A stretch of 64,000 nucleotides of DNA from Lama glama (Eukaryota). A program made the position numbers and the translations under genes. Where the stretch lies: NCBI GenBank assembly GCA_028534125.1, contig CM052817.1:60700001-60764000 (forward strand), written 5' to 3'. Shown in pieces: positions 39,835 to 53,980 of this stretch (position 1 is its first letter; each line of letters begins with the position of its first letter). Below the pieces are notes generated by a model. That model had not been told where the DNA came from and searched no databases. It worked only from the letters and a program-made list of their open reading frames with translations.

Positions 39835-41095
39835 AGTCACTCACTCGTTGATAATGTCTATCCATCCATTTATTCACTCAACATATTTATTAAGTACCTC
39901 CTTTGAGTTAGGCTCTCCGCCAGGTCCTGGGAACCAGTGGTAGACAAGACAGACTATGCTTCTGCCTTCATGAAGCCTAAATTCTAGTGCAAAGGCAGAC
40001 AATAAATAAAGAGCTAAATAAATGAAAATTGCCCGTTGAGATTTGTGCTACAAAATAAGGCAATAGAAATTTTAAACTAAGACCGGAGAACTAATTTATA
40101 TTAGATGTAGATGACCAGGGAAAAGTTTCTTAGTATGTGACATTTTACAGCTGAATTGTGGAGGACAAGAATGAGAAGCCACGGGAAGAATCAGGCCAGA
40201 GAGACTAGTGCATTCAAGGCCCAGAGACAGGGAAGGGTTTGTTTTATGGTGGGGACAAGATGGAGCTCAGTGTGGCTATAATGTGAGTAAGTGATTGCAG
40301 AATGGTATACGGTGCAGTTGGAGAGGTAGGCCCAGGACAGATCATGGTAAAGAGTTTACATCTTATCCAAAGAAAACGGGAGGGATTCCTAATGGTGTGC
40401 TGGAGCCAGTTCCTACCAGCCGGTGAGAGTTGATTCTGCACAGCTTCTCCCAGCTCCATGTTCAGTGCTGTCATGTTGGTAGCTTGAAATTGACCACCGT
40501 GGAGTATTTACATATCTATGAAATTACCTGTAAACTTATCTATTTACATATCTGTATAAATCTTTGTGGTATTTATGTATCCAGGTGGTGGTTACCTAAT
40601 TATATACATATGCAATAATTAGTTGGGGTATAAACCATATATCAGTGCCAAAAACCCTGTGATGTTATTTTTTTTTATTTTCAGGAGAAAAAGAGGGATG
40701 TACTTAACAATAAAAAATTACATAAAGGAACAATTCATATTAAGTAAAAGCAGTGACTAAAACCAAAATGAGCAACAAAAATTTTTAATAAGAGGGGGAA
40801 AATGGGAAAGAAACAGGTTTGAATGGGTGAATTGAAACCTCTGTCTGATTGTTTGAGATGCTGACTGGCGCCCCAAGTGTGGAAGTCAAGTAGCAGTGAG
40901 GTAGATAAGTGAAGAGCTTAAGGTACAGGCAGGTGGAATGAATTTGGGAATGATCAGAAAAGCAGAGGTATTTAAAGCCATAGGTGTGAGTGAGACACCC
41001 GGAGGAGAGAGTGAGATAGAAGAGGACCTAGACCTGAGCAGATGCTCCAGTGTTTCCATACCAGCTAGAGGACACCCAGCAAAGAAGACCTGGGA
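39835..41095 (-). mobile_element. Fragmented LINE-2
   Basis: ccatttattcactcaacatatttattaagtacctcct.. tail; later atgaatttgggaatgatcag..gaggtatttaaagccatagg. Confidence 0.75.
40389..40525. mobile_element. MER63-like hAT-Blackjack DNA transposon end, inside the L2
   Basis: tggtgtgctggagccagttcctaccagccggtgagagttgatt..ttcagtgctgtcatgttggtagcttgaaattgaccaccgtggagtatttaca matches the recalled MER63 terminus. Confidence 0.8.
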
Positions 41096-42143
41096 GGGGC
41101 TGCACATTGCATATTCATTTCTCACTGACGTAATGAAAGATTGATGTCCTGAAAGAAGACCTGTAGAAGAACTCAAAATAACAGTTTCTAGATCTTGCTT
41201 AGATAAGTGATAAAAGTGCTCTGTGTACCTATTTTCATACCTGTAAAATGGGGATAACGATTCCTTTCAGTCTACCTAATCAGATTACAGAAGGAGCGAA
41301 TGTATGAAGGTAGGCATGCTTTGTAATCTAAAGCTGCACTATTGGAATACACTTAGAGGGCCATGTTGAAAATGAGCTTCCCTCCTTTTCTAATTTATTT
41401 TTGTCCTGTTCTATAAAGAGCAATGTTGTTATACTTAGTAAACTGTCTTGAGATTCTAGTACCTATTCTTTGATACTCTGACCAAAATAGTTGTCTTAAT
41501 TCAAATACATCACAGAAAAAAGCTAGAGAGTTAATATTCCTACTAAGAAAAAAAAATTGATTCAAAATCATGTTCTCAAGGGTCTTCCTGGTTTTACCTT
41601 CAGCATATCCTAAAAGAAGTAAAAGACACAGAGCTTTGCTGTGGCACACAACCTGACTGCCTGGCCACCTGACTGCAAGGCCACCCACTTCTCAAAATCC
41701 ACGTTCTAGAATCAGTGGAGAAAATTAATGTTATTCTTTCTTTCTTGTTGTATCCAGTTTTGCCTGTTCAGCATTTTAGAGAGTTTTGTTGTTGTTTAAA
41801 GTAAATAGAATTCCTACAATAGGTTAGGGATTTTTATTCTAGGTCAATATTATTGTATATATATTTTTTGGCAGGGAGGGGGCGAATAATCTACCTGCTT
41901 TAGTCTAAGATCCTGCAGTCTGAAGTTTCTAAAAATCTTAATAGTCCCCATTTGTATACCTGGAAGTGATTTTAACTTGGCGCTGCATTTATCCAGCAAA
42001 TTTTAACCAATTTTCAAACTTAGGTTTCTGAAATGACCTTATTTCACAAGGTGGTCAAGTGTTGTGGAATTCATAGAGTGGCTGTTCCTCTGAGATGTAC
42101 GCTCCTACTGAGATGTGGCTCAGGGAACATGCCAGAGTGAAGA

Positions 42144-42790
42144 TGTTGCCAGTGGATACAACCGGTATTCCAGATTCTTATCCCGTCCCAGAAAGAATTC
42201 AGAGACAAGATGTAGTCATTAAAAAAAGTAAAGTGAGGATTTATGAAAGAATGGACAGCATACTCTCAAGGGGAGAACGGGCAGGCTCAGGTGAGCGGCT
42301 GCCCTGAGTTTCTTTGGCAAGTTAGTTACATAGGGTGTAAAAATGAATGGGCAGAACATTCATTGGGGAGGGAAGGGTTTGGGGTCATATTCCCTAATTA
42401 TCATCCCACCTCCACCTTCCCAAAGGGAGGAGGGATTTTTGTCCTTATTTAGTCTGGATCGGAAGTGTCATGGCGTTGGTGCATGATGGGTACTTCTAAT
42501 CTGCAAGGCTAATTTTATTGAAATGAGGGCATAGTGAGCAAAAGGTTACATTCAGACACTGGAAATTTCTGCCTTTTCTGACCTTTCTTTGTTGGTCTCC
42601 AGGCCAAAAGGTGTGGCCCCTTATTAGCCCAAAGATTCCTGCTTTTCTTTCTCTGCCCAGGGGCCCCTGCTGCTTATATGTTGTATGTTTTCCTGCATTT
42701 GGCTTGTGCCCCTCCTTTCTGCCCAATTCCTGCCATTTGGTCTGTATCCCCCTTTCTCTGCTCATATCTGGCTATCTGCCTGCTCTAACA
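42144..42790 (-). mobile_element. ERV1-class solo LTR (~647 bp)
   Basis: TGTTG...TAACA termini; flanks aaga/aaaa (3/4 TSD match). tgttgccagtgga..ccagattctt..aaagaattcagagacaag..gaggatttat resembles the reverse U5/R of MER4-group LTRs. Confidence 0.78.
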
Positions 42791-45749
42791 AAAACTCACC
42801 TTCTTTTGTGTGGACTCCATTTCAGGCCACATGCTTAATGTTACCTACATATTACCCTTCGTGATTTTCAGAAACTCTTATGAGTTAACCACCTCTGGCA
42901 CTGAATTATAAAAGTGATGTATGAAATAGCCACATGACTTGCCCAGAGTCACATCACCAAGGAATCATAAATCTGAGATTCAGTCCCATGAAATCAGACC
43001 TCAGAGCTGCACTCCTGACCCCTCTGTCAGCCTCTTGAATTCTGGGAGCTTGTCTTTCAGACAGTCATAGTAAAACTGTCTGAAAAGCCATAAGTAATAA
43101 CTAGCACAGTAATGTTCTTTCTGTATGCAAGGAGACTACTTATTTATTTTGAGGAAAGAAGCAGCATTCTTCATTTTGAAAATTGATGGCAATTTCAAGA
43201 CTAGAAAATACTACTGTAGCAGAAACTGTAAATGAAAGAATGAATTGTCCAAAGAATGAACTGATCCTCAAGAAGTACATATTAGGAAGTGTTTTAAAAC
43301 TGGAGGCACTTGAATGGAAATAGCACTGGACAGGGAACCATATCATGTGAAGTTGACTCCAATTCTAATGGTAAATTTCCTTCTTGACCTTGAACAAGGT
43401 TCTTTACATTTTTAAAGTCTCAGTTTCTTACATATGAGATAGAATCAGAGACAGCAGTTTTTTGTGCCAAGGGCATATTCGTTATGGAAGAGATGTTATA
43501 TGTGGCAGTATTCTGAGCTACTTGAGAACAGGCCTCAATAAGGATAAGAGAGTAACAGTATGTAAGATAATCAAAGCTATAATCGGAAAAATTCTATGTC
43601 CTTATTTACCACAATTCTCAATAAGACTGACTGTCCTTGTCATAGCCATATTAAAAAAAAAAAAGCAAAATGATCCAATTCTAATAATGCATTGAATCCC
43701 ATTTCTAAACTTACACTATGTCCCTTTTGTGGCATATATTCAGCCTCATTGCTAACAGTCTTTTAGACAGATATAATAGAACTAATGTATTGAAACATGG
43801 CCTTCATTTATTTTCTGATTAATCTTTATTATGCTTAACAGTGAATCACATCACTAAAATATCAGATTTGGATTATGACCTTGATTTCTTGATTTAGGAA
43901 AGTGAAAAGAACAAAATATATTTTTCCATAAAATCTAGGTAGAAGAAATGAATTATTATAAATAACGATATGCCGAGTCCCTTGAAATCCATGTGAACTT
44001 TAAAAGTATCTTTCTTATCAAATAAAAGATCAACCAGAAATCAATACAGTAAACAATGGAATATTAAAAACCTGTTTTTCTCTCTCTTGATCAAATACAG
44101 TTGGTCGCCTCAGGGAGTAACTGAGCTATCATCTCACCAAAACATGCCGGACCAGGCTCACAATAGTTCCAGCAGGAAAAAAAGTAGAGAATCGAACCAA
44201 CAGAGAGGAGGAGTTGTGCTTGCTTTTACTTCCACCAAAGGGCATGATGAAAAGCATATAGTTTGAGAAAAGTAGCACAGTCGCTATAAGCAGAAAACAT
44301 CCCCAAGGAAAAGAAAAGAATTTACAAATATAAACTCATTGTAAGAATGTATAAACAGAATTGACATTATGATTGGCATTATTAATTAAAATACATTTTC
44401 ACACAAGCCTTAGTATTTCCAACACCTGTTGAGGTTTTATATTGGAAGCATGTCCATTGTTTCATGCGTCATCTTTCAAATGCTGAAGTAGTGAGGAAAA
44501 TGTTCAAAACTCACATTCAAGCTACCAAACTTTTGAAAATCAGTGCCTAGTGCCTGTGCGTCAGATCTACACACTGGGGAGAAATTTGCAGATAAATATA
44601 CACAACTAGGGATTTTTATGTGTACTCCACGGAATTTTATTCATTCAAAGGAGGGTTTTATCACACTGGATTGTTGAAATTCTTGTTCCTGTAGGGGAGA
44701 GAGGGTTTCTGCCAAGCTAATTAATTAATGTAATTAGGGAAACCAAAATGTGTCAGCCTACTGCAGTGTTGAGTGAAGACTATGAGTAATTCTACTTTGT
44801 GAGTCCTTCTGGAAGAAAAAAATAATCATAATGCAAAGTGGTAGAATGAGCACATGTTTTAAATTAGACTGACCTGTGGTCAAACTACATATTTGCTTTT
44901 TTTGCTCTGCAACCCACCTGAATAAACGCTTCTATTCCTCTGAATTCTATGCTTGGAATCAGAACAGCACCCACCTCACAGACTGTTGTGAGGACACGGT
45001 GAGAAAATGCCTACCCTGTTAGTTTCCTTCCTTTGCTTGTATTTTACTCCCCTGGCTCTTTCTAAGGCTTGTAAATATAAAAATATTTCTGTACATTTTA
45101 TAAGGAAAGGATACAAATGCACCTCGGATGACAAAGTACTCATAATCTGGTAAATCTGAGGCAAAGACTATTAAAGTAGATGTTCTTAGAGTGGAGTTTC
45201 AGATCACTTCCTGTAATATTAAGCTTATGCTTGGATTTTACAGAGATCACTACTTAAAAAGGCTGCCCAGGACACTTCGATCTGCAATATTTATGAGAAA
45301 GTTCATCCTTGTAAGGTGTTGAAAAATAGACTTCCTTATAATTTGTATTCACATGTCTTTTTTCTGCCCTCTGGGGACGTTCAGACATTTGAAGACAACT
45401 AGAAGCTTACATTAAGACTTCACCAGCCTGAAATTCCCAAACTCTACAAACTTTTTTTATCAAATGACATAATTTCTAGAACTTTCATCATCTTGAGCAC
45501 TCTTTAAAAGATACGCTCCAATATGTCAAATAATTCTTAAATAAAACTGAAGATTATATTCCAAAAGTGCTCCTACCAGTGCAGAATAATAATAATAAAT
45601 ATATTATTGTTATGGACCTGTGTTGTATATTTATTATATGCCATGCACTGGCCTAGGTATTTGAGAGGCATACTTTTAAATGCACTATTTTATCCAACTC
45701 TTATATTTGGTTATCTAACAAAATGTTAGCTAGCCGCCACAGTGAAACC

Positions 45750-45990
45750 CTATAGCGTGGTGGTTAAAGGCTTGGTCTCCAGAGCCAGACTTCCTGGACT
45801 TGAATGCGGACTCTGCTATTTACCAGTTTTGTGATTGGGGGAAAATAACTCAGCTTCTCAGTGCCTCAGTTTCTTCAGTGGCACATGGGATTTTAAGATT
45901 TGTCTTAAATAATATCAAACAATGTATGTGAAAAACTTAGAATAGTGTCTGGTGCATGGTAATTATCACATGAGTGTTCATTGTTACTAT
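45750..45990 (+). mobile_element. MIR SINE, near full length
   Basis: tatagcgtggtggttaaaggcttggtctccagagccagacttcctggacttgaat..gtgcctcagtttcttc..cttagaatagtgtctggtgcatggtaa. Confidence 0.85.
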
Positions 45991-48329
45991 TATCATTGCT
46001 GTGGACGTGCAGAACCCTTGTGAAGGAAATGGACAACTGGACAAGAAATAATACAACTTAACACTGACAAAAGTGCTATTAAAAAAATGAAGTGTAGAAG
46101 GGGACAGGGAGTGCTGAAGTGGAAAGTTTTGGAGGGTGGAAGTTGGATATGCAGGTCCAACAAGTCTCCTATAGGGAGGTGACGTTTGAACAAATGTGAA
46201 CGAAGTACAGGAGTGAGCCAGTGGGGCCGAGTCGGACATCGAGCTAGCAGAAAAGGCCTGAGGTGAGATGAGCTGGGAAGATTAAGGGAAAGCAAACCAT
46301 CCCATGTAGCTGAAATAGATGGACCAAGATTGGTGGGAAAATCAGAGTTAGGCAGAGGCCCGATGCCTGGTCTTTGCAGGCAATGGCAAGAGAGGCACAC
46401 GGAGGTAAAGCACCTTGTCTGTGGTGACAGAGCTAACACCACTTTTCTCTGACCCTACACCTCAGAGGTCTTAATCACTCTGCCTCTTGTTACGAGCAAC
46501 ATGTTTGAGTCATATTAAAATTCCACCAGATTTTTGGAAAGTCAACAACACACTGCTGGTGGCTTATATTGAGCTTTCCATCAGCTGAAATATTGAGCTG
46601 TGATTTTTTTTATGGGAATGCTTATTAATTTGATTCTAGGGTCTCCTGTTTGTAATAACTGATTTTGAGGAGGTTTTCATTTATTCTTACTGTTTATGTT
46701 CAAAAAAATTCAGAGTTATAACTTGACAGGAATATTTTACTGAGTGAGAAACAATCTGTTTACAAACAGAGAGACTTCAAACCCAAAAGTGATACGAAGT
46801 TCAGAAGCATAACGTTACAGGATGACTTATAACGTGAAAATGAGGAAGTTATTTAATCTTTACAATGACTGGTTTTTTGCAGTGAGAATTACCACAGCAG
46901 GGGATTACTTAAAAGCGATTATCTCATATCATTTGAGGAAGATGACTTAAATTTCATTTATGATTATCAAAGGTATTTACTAGAATAATCTTTAAGTTTC
47001 ACTTCTGCTCTTGAAATAAGCTAGACTAAGTTTTGCTTCTATGGCTTAACTGGTTTTGTCTACTCGTGATTTTCAAGCCTGGTCTCCATTTTCTTTTATT
47101 TTAACCTATTTCACTTTGCTCTTTTCAACCTTCTTATTTATTGATTCGTCTCTCAGCTTTATGTGTTCTAATAAGCTTGCTTTCTACATCTTCTTACAAG
47201 AGCTTAATAAAAATAGTGGACAGGAAAAAGGACAAAATAGTTTGTCCTGACTGATGCAAGTACCTGCAGGTTGTCATAAGGCTACTAAATTATCTTTAAG
47301 ATAGACTGGGCCAAGTTACAAAACACTTTCATTCTTAAAAACTTCTTCCATGAGTTTATTAAGGAAGATTTGTCTAAGGATGTACAACATTCTTATGAAC
47401 ACCTAGCTGAGTACATTGATTTTTTTTAAAAGGGAAAGTAGTTTAGTTTGGCACCACATGTTTATCAAACACAGGAAAATGACTAGTGTTCACTGTCTGT
47501 ATTTCTAAGATGTTAAAAAAATTTTCTTAATCATCTGTCCTAAAATTTTGTATGAATAAATAGCATGCTTACTCAACTGGAGGTTGTAGGTGTTATCTGT
47601 TTGAAGAATGAGCCAGCAGTTATCTATCCCATATCTTATGGAACCAATTACTAATCCATGTAAATTCTTGAAATATTAGTGATGACAATTCTGACTTTAT
47701 CTATTGGATACAGGACATTTGGATCTAAGATATGAACTCTATTACAACAGTAAGGTTTAGCCTTAGTATCTCTCAATGTATCTTGAACTAAAATATTCCC
47801 TTGTACTTACTTTGTTCTACCATTTTGTTGTTGTTGTTGTTGAATTACTACTATTAATGAAGAATGTAAAAGCCAAAAAAAGAAAGGAACTGGAAATCTA
47901 CTCAATTACTTTTTCTTGTTCATTGTAACGTCATCTGCCAGAAGCTGAGTCTAGTCCTTTTTCTCTTTGATGCAAACTTGATTCTAAAACTCTCTTTTTT
48001 TTCTCCCTTAGCTTTTATCGCAGTTCTCCTTACATTTTGGATTTTAGCCCACTTGACACTATCCTCAAAAGTTCAAATCTTTCTTTTCTCTCTGCCCATG
48101 ATTAAATATCCTTTTATTTCTTTTTCCTATACATATATTTAAAGTACAGACTTATTATAGATTATCCTACACTGTTACATTATTTTCTTTAGATAGTCTT
48201 CCCATTTCTTTAAGTACGGAGTGTTTTGGTTTGTATTGTAATGTTTTTAGAAGCTTATTCCTCTTGCGTGATTTTCTTAACATGGTGATTAGCCTTATAG
48301 TTATGCTTACATTTTGTCTAAGCATTTAA

Positions 48330-48830
48330 AAATATGTTTTTCACTGTTTATGATATTTGAGATTTACTTCAAAATACTCTATAAAGGAGGGAGGGGACTC
48401 AGATGGTAGAATAGATAAAATAAGATGGGCAATCTATTGGTAACTGTTGAAGGTGAGTGAGGAGGACCTGCTGGCTTATTGCACTGTTTTCTCTACTTAT
48501 ATATAATTTTGAAATTTTCCATAATAAAAAATTAAAAACAAATGAAAGAGACTGTAAATTATTACCAGCTTTCTAAAGAGTACTAACAGAAACCCTATTA
48601 ATGCATACATTTAAAACACCAATTTCATGTCTAGAAATCATGAACATGAGTCAAAATTTTTCTTATATGGTGTTTAGCATATTATTTTTATGGTAGTGAA
48701 ACAATGTAAATAATGTAAATGATCACCTATAAAATACTAATTAAATGAAACATGCTACTTACGATAGAATACATTGAATCATTAAAAAGAAATTGATAGA
48801 TTTACGTAAGTACGTGCAAATTTAAAAATC
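48330..48830 (+). mobile_element. Old L1 (L1MB-ME type) 3' fragments
   Basis: gatatttgagatttacttcaaaatactct..taactgttgaaggtgagtga..ttttgaaattttccataataaaaa; then atggtgtttagcatattatttt..taaatgatcac. Confidence 0.65.
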
Positions 48831-49089
48831 TTTATTAGATGTTATATATATTCATATATCTATTGGACATTTTATATATATACATATATTATATATATAT
48901 GTATATATATATATGTATATATATTCTGTACCATATACTCACCTGTTTCTTAGCTTCTAAATGGTGTATATCTTGTTGAGATGCACTGCTGGTCCTCTTC
49001 TCTTAAACTTTGTTGAACATATTGTACCGTTTCATTTTCTCATTTTGATCCTGAGTTGTGGACTAATCTCTTTTTTTAAAGTTTACATT

Positions 49090-50955
49090 CACTTCATACA
49101 ATATTGGTGAAAATATAAGTTGGTACAGCCATGATGGAAAATATGGAGATTCCTTAAAAATTAATAACAGAAATACCATACAATCCAGCAACTCCACCTT
49201 TGGATATTTATCTAAAGAATATGAAAATGCTAATGAAAGGAGAAATTTACCCTTATGTTCACTGCAGCATTATTCACAATAGCCAACATACGAAAGCAAT
49301 AGCGAACATATGGAATCTAAGTGCCCATCAACTAGTGAATGGATAAAGAAGATATGGCATATATGTACAATGGAATACTACTCAACCATGAAAAAGATGA
49401 AATCTTGCCATTTTCAATAACATGAATGGACCTTGAGGGTATTATGCTAATTGAAAAAGTCAGACGGAGAAAACAAATGCCATATGATTTCACTCATATG
49501 TGTAACATAAAAAAAAGCAACAAAGAAACAAATGAAAAAACCCAAATCCAACAAAAACAAACATAGATACAGGAAAGGCATGTTGGTTACCAGAAGGGAA
49601 GAAGCACTGAGGGAGGGCAAAATTGGTAAACGGTCAACTGTATGGTGCTGGATGGAAACAAAATTTTTGGCAGTGAGCCTGCTCTAGTGGACATAAAAGT
49701 AGAAATGTAATATTGTCCACATAAAACATAAACCCAGCAATGTTCTCCTAGGGCAGTCTACCCAAGCAATAGAAATAAAAGCAAAAATAAACAAATGAGG
49801 CCTAATTAAATTTACACACTTGCATAACAAAGGAAACCATAAGCAAAACAAAATGACAACCTACAGAATGGGAGAAAATACCTGCAAAAGATGAGACTGA
49901 CAAGGGCTTAATTTCCAGAATATATAAACAGCTCATACAACTTAATAAGAAAAGAACAAACAATGCAATCCAAAAATAGGTGGAAGAACTAAACAAGCAA
50001 TTCACCAGTGAACACATACAAATGGCCAATTGGCACATGAAAAAATGCTCAATATTGCTAATTATCAGAGAAACGCAAATCAAAACTGCAAAGAGGTATC
50101 ACTTCACACTGGTCAGAAGGGCCATCATTCAAAAGTCCACGGACGATAGAGAGGCTATGGAGGAAAGGGAACCCTCCTACACTGTCAGTAGGAATGTAGG
50201 TTTGTGCAGCCATTGTGGAAAACAGTATGGAGATTCCTCAAAAGGTTAAAAATAGACTTACCATATGATCCAGCAATCCTACTCCTGGGCATATATCCAG
50301 AAGGAACCTTAATTAAAAAGACACCTGCACCCCAATGTTCATAGCAGCACTATTTAAAATAGCCAAGACATGGAAACAACCTAAATGTCCACTGGCAGAT
50401 GACTGGATAAAGAAGTTGTGGCATATTTATATAATGGAATACTACTCAGTCATAAAAAAACAATAAAATAATGCCATTTGCAGCAACACGAATGTCCCTG
50501 GAGAATGTCATTCAAAGTGAAGTTAGCCAGAAAGAGGAAGAAAAATACCATATGATATCACTCATATGTGGAATCTAAAAAAAAAGAGAAACAAACTTAT
50601 TTACAAAACAGACACAGATTCACAGAGATAGCAAATTTATGGTTACCAGGGGGCAGGGGGTGGGAAGGGATAAATTGAGAGGTTGAGATTTGCAGATACT
50701 GACTGGTATATATAAAATAGGTAAATAAGTTCTTACTGGATAGCACAGGGAGCTATATTTGATATCTTGTAGTAGCTTACAGTGAAAAGGAATATGAAAA
50801 TAAATATATGTATATTCATGTATGACTAAAGCATTGTGCTGTACACCAGAAGTTGACAGAACATTGTAAACTGACTATACTTCAATAAAATATTTTTAAT
50901 GTCATATGCCAACGTTACCTCAATAAAAAATAAATTTAAAAATTAAAATACAAAA
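49090..50955 (+). mobile_element. 5'-truncated LINE-1 (older), host of a nested younger L1
   Basis: ORF2 C-terminus and 3'UTR. TSD aaagtttacatt (49078-49089) / aaagttaacatt (50956-50967) at a TTTT/AAAG site. The last ~60 bp of its 3' UTR resume at ~50894. Confidence 0.9.
49730..50890 (+). mobile_element. Younger lineage-specific LINE-1 3' portion nested in the previous L1
   Basis: ORF2 C-terminal peptide ([37 protein letters not shown]), G-rich 3'UTR tract, AATAAA at 50884-50889. Confidence 0.92.
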
Positions 50956-52451
50956 AAAGTTAACATTTAGTCATAAAGACAAAGTAAACAAGCTTATTAT
51001 TTCTGAATATACCATATAGATCGGTACCAAAAATAAAGTTGGCCCAACAGTCCTAGTGTTGAAAATATTTATCACATAGCTTTATTTCTTAAAAATTGTG
51101 TGTGACTTCTAGGAAATAAACCTACAACTTATATGGATTAAAGAGACACAGCAATAGTACTTTTTAAAAAAAAATCTCATTTCTGCAAAGCAAATCCATC
51201 TAGAAGGAAACGTGGTCATTAAGTTCTCTGTAGGCTTGTTTTACTTTAGACTTTCAGTGTTTTAGTGCACAAATTAGCTTAAATATTTGAAGGAATATGT
51301 GCCGTGAGGAAAAGCTTTAATTATGTTGGATTATACTAATTTATTTTTATCTATCAGGTTTATTTTGATCAAATTTATCATTATAATATGTTTCTTATAG
51401 TATTAACAAATATGCTTGAGATGTCACATTTTAACATTGTAAAACTGATATCTATGAAATAAACAAATTAAAATTTGTTTTAAACCAAAATAAAATATTA
51501 CAGTGGTAAATGGATATAAAGGGACCTATCCTACTGAGCTACCTATTCTTTCAGGAATTATTATAAAAAATAGAAAATATTACTAGGCCAGGTAGTCAAA
51601 TCCTGGAGAAAGGGTTTTTAAAAATCTGTATGAATTTAATACTGTTCCATAAAAATTTGTCCAAGTCTAAACGTCCTTGACTTGACTTTGCATGACTGAG
51701 ATTCTTTAAGAGGAAAACAAGCACTCTGGTGCAATCTGCCTAATGGATGTCCTTTTATTTGTTTCCATTGTTTCTTTTTCCTTTCCTCTCTCTCAAATGC
51801 TCCCAACTTGAAAGATTTATTCTATCCTATAGGTTGAGCGGTCTTCTTTAGACAAGAAAGAACTTGGATAGGAAATAAAGTTAGGGTTGCACTGAGTGAA
51901 CTTCCCAGCAATCAACTTAGATATTTGTCAAAAGTAGTGTGACATCTGGCAAGGTAATTGACAGTAACATTGACTTGATTGTCTTAACGTGTCAACAGCA
52001 CAAAAAAGCTCAAAATCTGCTTTTTAATAAGTGGATGGTACCCCCAGGCTAAAGAATAATGAGTGTACTCTTTTGGGGGCATCTTCTCTTTATTTAACCT
52101 ACTGTTCTCTACTGTATGTATTGGAAATAGACACCACAGGTGTCTGGTTTGAAAATATAGCTCTTATAAATCAGTGTCTCTCTGCATAACAGAGATAAGG
52201 TAGCTTTTGCAGAAAGTAAATGGGGGTTGAATAGGGGTTTCTGAAACTGAAACAGTAGATGTCAGGAAAATACACCACCGCATTGCAAACATATGCCACT
52301 GTTTCCTTAATTTATATCTGAACCAATTTGTAACTGCTCACCTGTTGGTCTAGATTTTAGCATCTCATGAAAATATTTAAGTCAAATAAATATTCTACTT
52401 TATACTTTAGAATGATAAAACAGAACTAAATGCATTTAGAAATAAAACTAT

Positions 52452-52760
52452 TACAGAGAAAGACAAATATCATATGATATCACTTATATGTGGAATCTAA
52501 AAAAATGATACCAATCTTATTTACAAACTAAAAATAGACTCATGGCCATAGAAAACAAACTGTAGGGTTACCAAAGGGGAAAGGACAGGGGAGGGATTAA
52601 ATTAGGAGTTTGGAATTAACAGATACATATTACTATATATAAAATAGATAAACAACAAGGACTTACTGTATAGCACTGGGAACTGTATTCAGTTTCTTAT
52701 AATAACATATGATGGAAAGAATATGAAAAAATATGAAAAAACAGGTATGTGTACATAAAA
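52452..52760 (+). mobile_element. LINE-1 3'UTR fragment (artiodactyl type)
   Basis: acagagaaagacaaatatcatatgatatcacttatatgtggaatctaaaaaa..ggttaccaaaggggaaagg..aacaacaaggacttactgtatagcac. Confidence 0.88.
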
Positions 52761-52933
52761 AAGAACTTTTAAATGACTTTTGTAATAAGGTACATAAGTA
52801 TGAGAGGAGACACTAATGAATATACAACATACCTAATTACAAACTGCACAAGAAGTACATAATGCAGATCCTTCTATAATATATGCAGTCTAAGATTCTG
52901 TCTATGGTCTGAGACTTAAAATGCATTATTTAC

Positions 52934-53480
52934 AATAGCCAACACATGGAAACAGCCTAAATGTCCATCAACAGATGACTAGATAAAGAAGATGTGGTAT
53001 ACTTATACAATGGAATACTATTCAGCCATAAGAACCGACAACATAACGCCATTTGTAGCAACATGAATGTCCCTGGAGAATGTCATTCTAAGTGAAGTAA
53101 ACCAGAAAGAGAAAGAAAAATACCATATGAGATCGCTTATATATGGAATCTAAAAAAAAAACCATAAATACAAAACAGAAACAGACTCTTATAGACATAG
53201 AATACAAACTTGTGGTTGCCAAGTGGGCGGGGGGTGGGAAGGGACAGACTGGGATTTCAAAATATAAAATAGATAAACAAGATTATACTGTATAGCACAG
53301 AGAAATATATACAAGATCTTGTGGTAGCTCACAGTGAAAAAAGTAAATGTGACAATGAATATATGTATGTTCATGTATAACTGAAAAATTGTGCTCTACA
53401 CTGGAATTTGACACAACATTGTAAAATGACATAACTCAATAAAAATTTTTTAAAAAATTTAAAAATCAAAATAAATAAAT
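52934..53480 (+). mobile_element. Young 5'-truncated LINE-1 with perfect TSD
   Basis: Identical 16-bp flanks aaaatgcattatttac (52918-52933; 53481-53496) at a TT/AAAA site; AATAAA 53438-53443 and A-rich tail. Confidence 0.95.
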
Positions 53481-53704
53481 AAAATGCATTATTTACTTAA
53501 TTTTGTTCATTATTTTAAGAGTAATATATTTAGTTGTTTTTGAATTTAAAAAAAAAGAAGAAACAAGTAAAAATGAGGAATTATAGAACTTTATATAAAT
53601 ATTTCCTTACAGAGAGATGCTATTTTATGAAGATTCCTTGAAAGTAAAATAACAGCAATGAAAATTTTCATTAAGAAATGAGTCAATATGCTTCAAAAAA
53701 ATCT

Positions 53705-53915
53705 ACCACAGGTAATAAAATTGTATAGAACTTACACACACACTAACAGACAAGTACAAGTAAAACTGGAAATCTGAATAAAATTGGTACACTTCAGCAA
53801 TATCAATATCTTGGTTGTGAATATTGTACTATAGTTTTGCAAAATGTCACTATTCAATTGGAGGAAATGGGCAACTACATGTGAATCTACAATTATTTAT
53901 AAAAACATTTATTTA
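53705..53915 (+). mobile_element. Old L1MC-like 3' end
   Basis: aaaactggaaatctgaataa..tcaatatcttggttgtga..tattgtactatagttttgcaaaatgt..catgtgaatctacaattat. Confidence 0.75.
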
Positions 53916-53980
53916 AGAAAATCTACATTTTAATGGATATACATTTAAATTTTCAGGTGACAAAATATGGTCAACTGATA

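Noticed and set aside
40862..40885. CTCF-like motif (ggcgccccaagtgtgg)
   Set aside because: Poor match to the core consensus, and within diverged L2 sequence.
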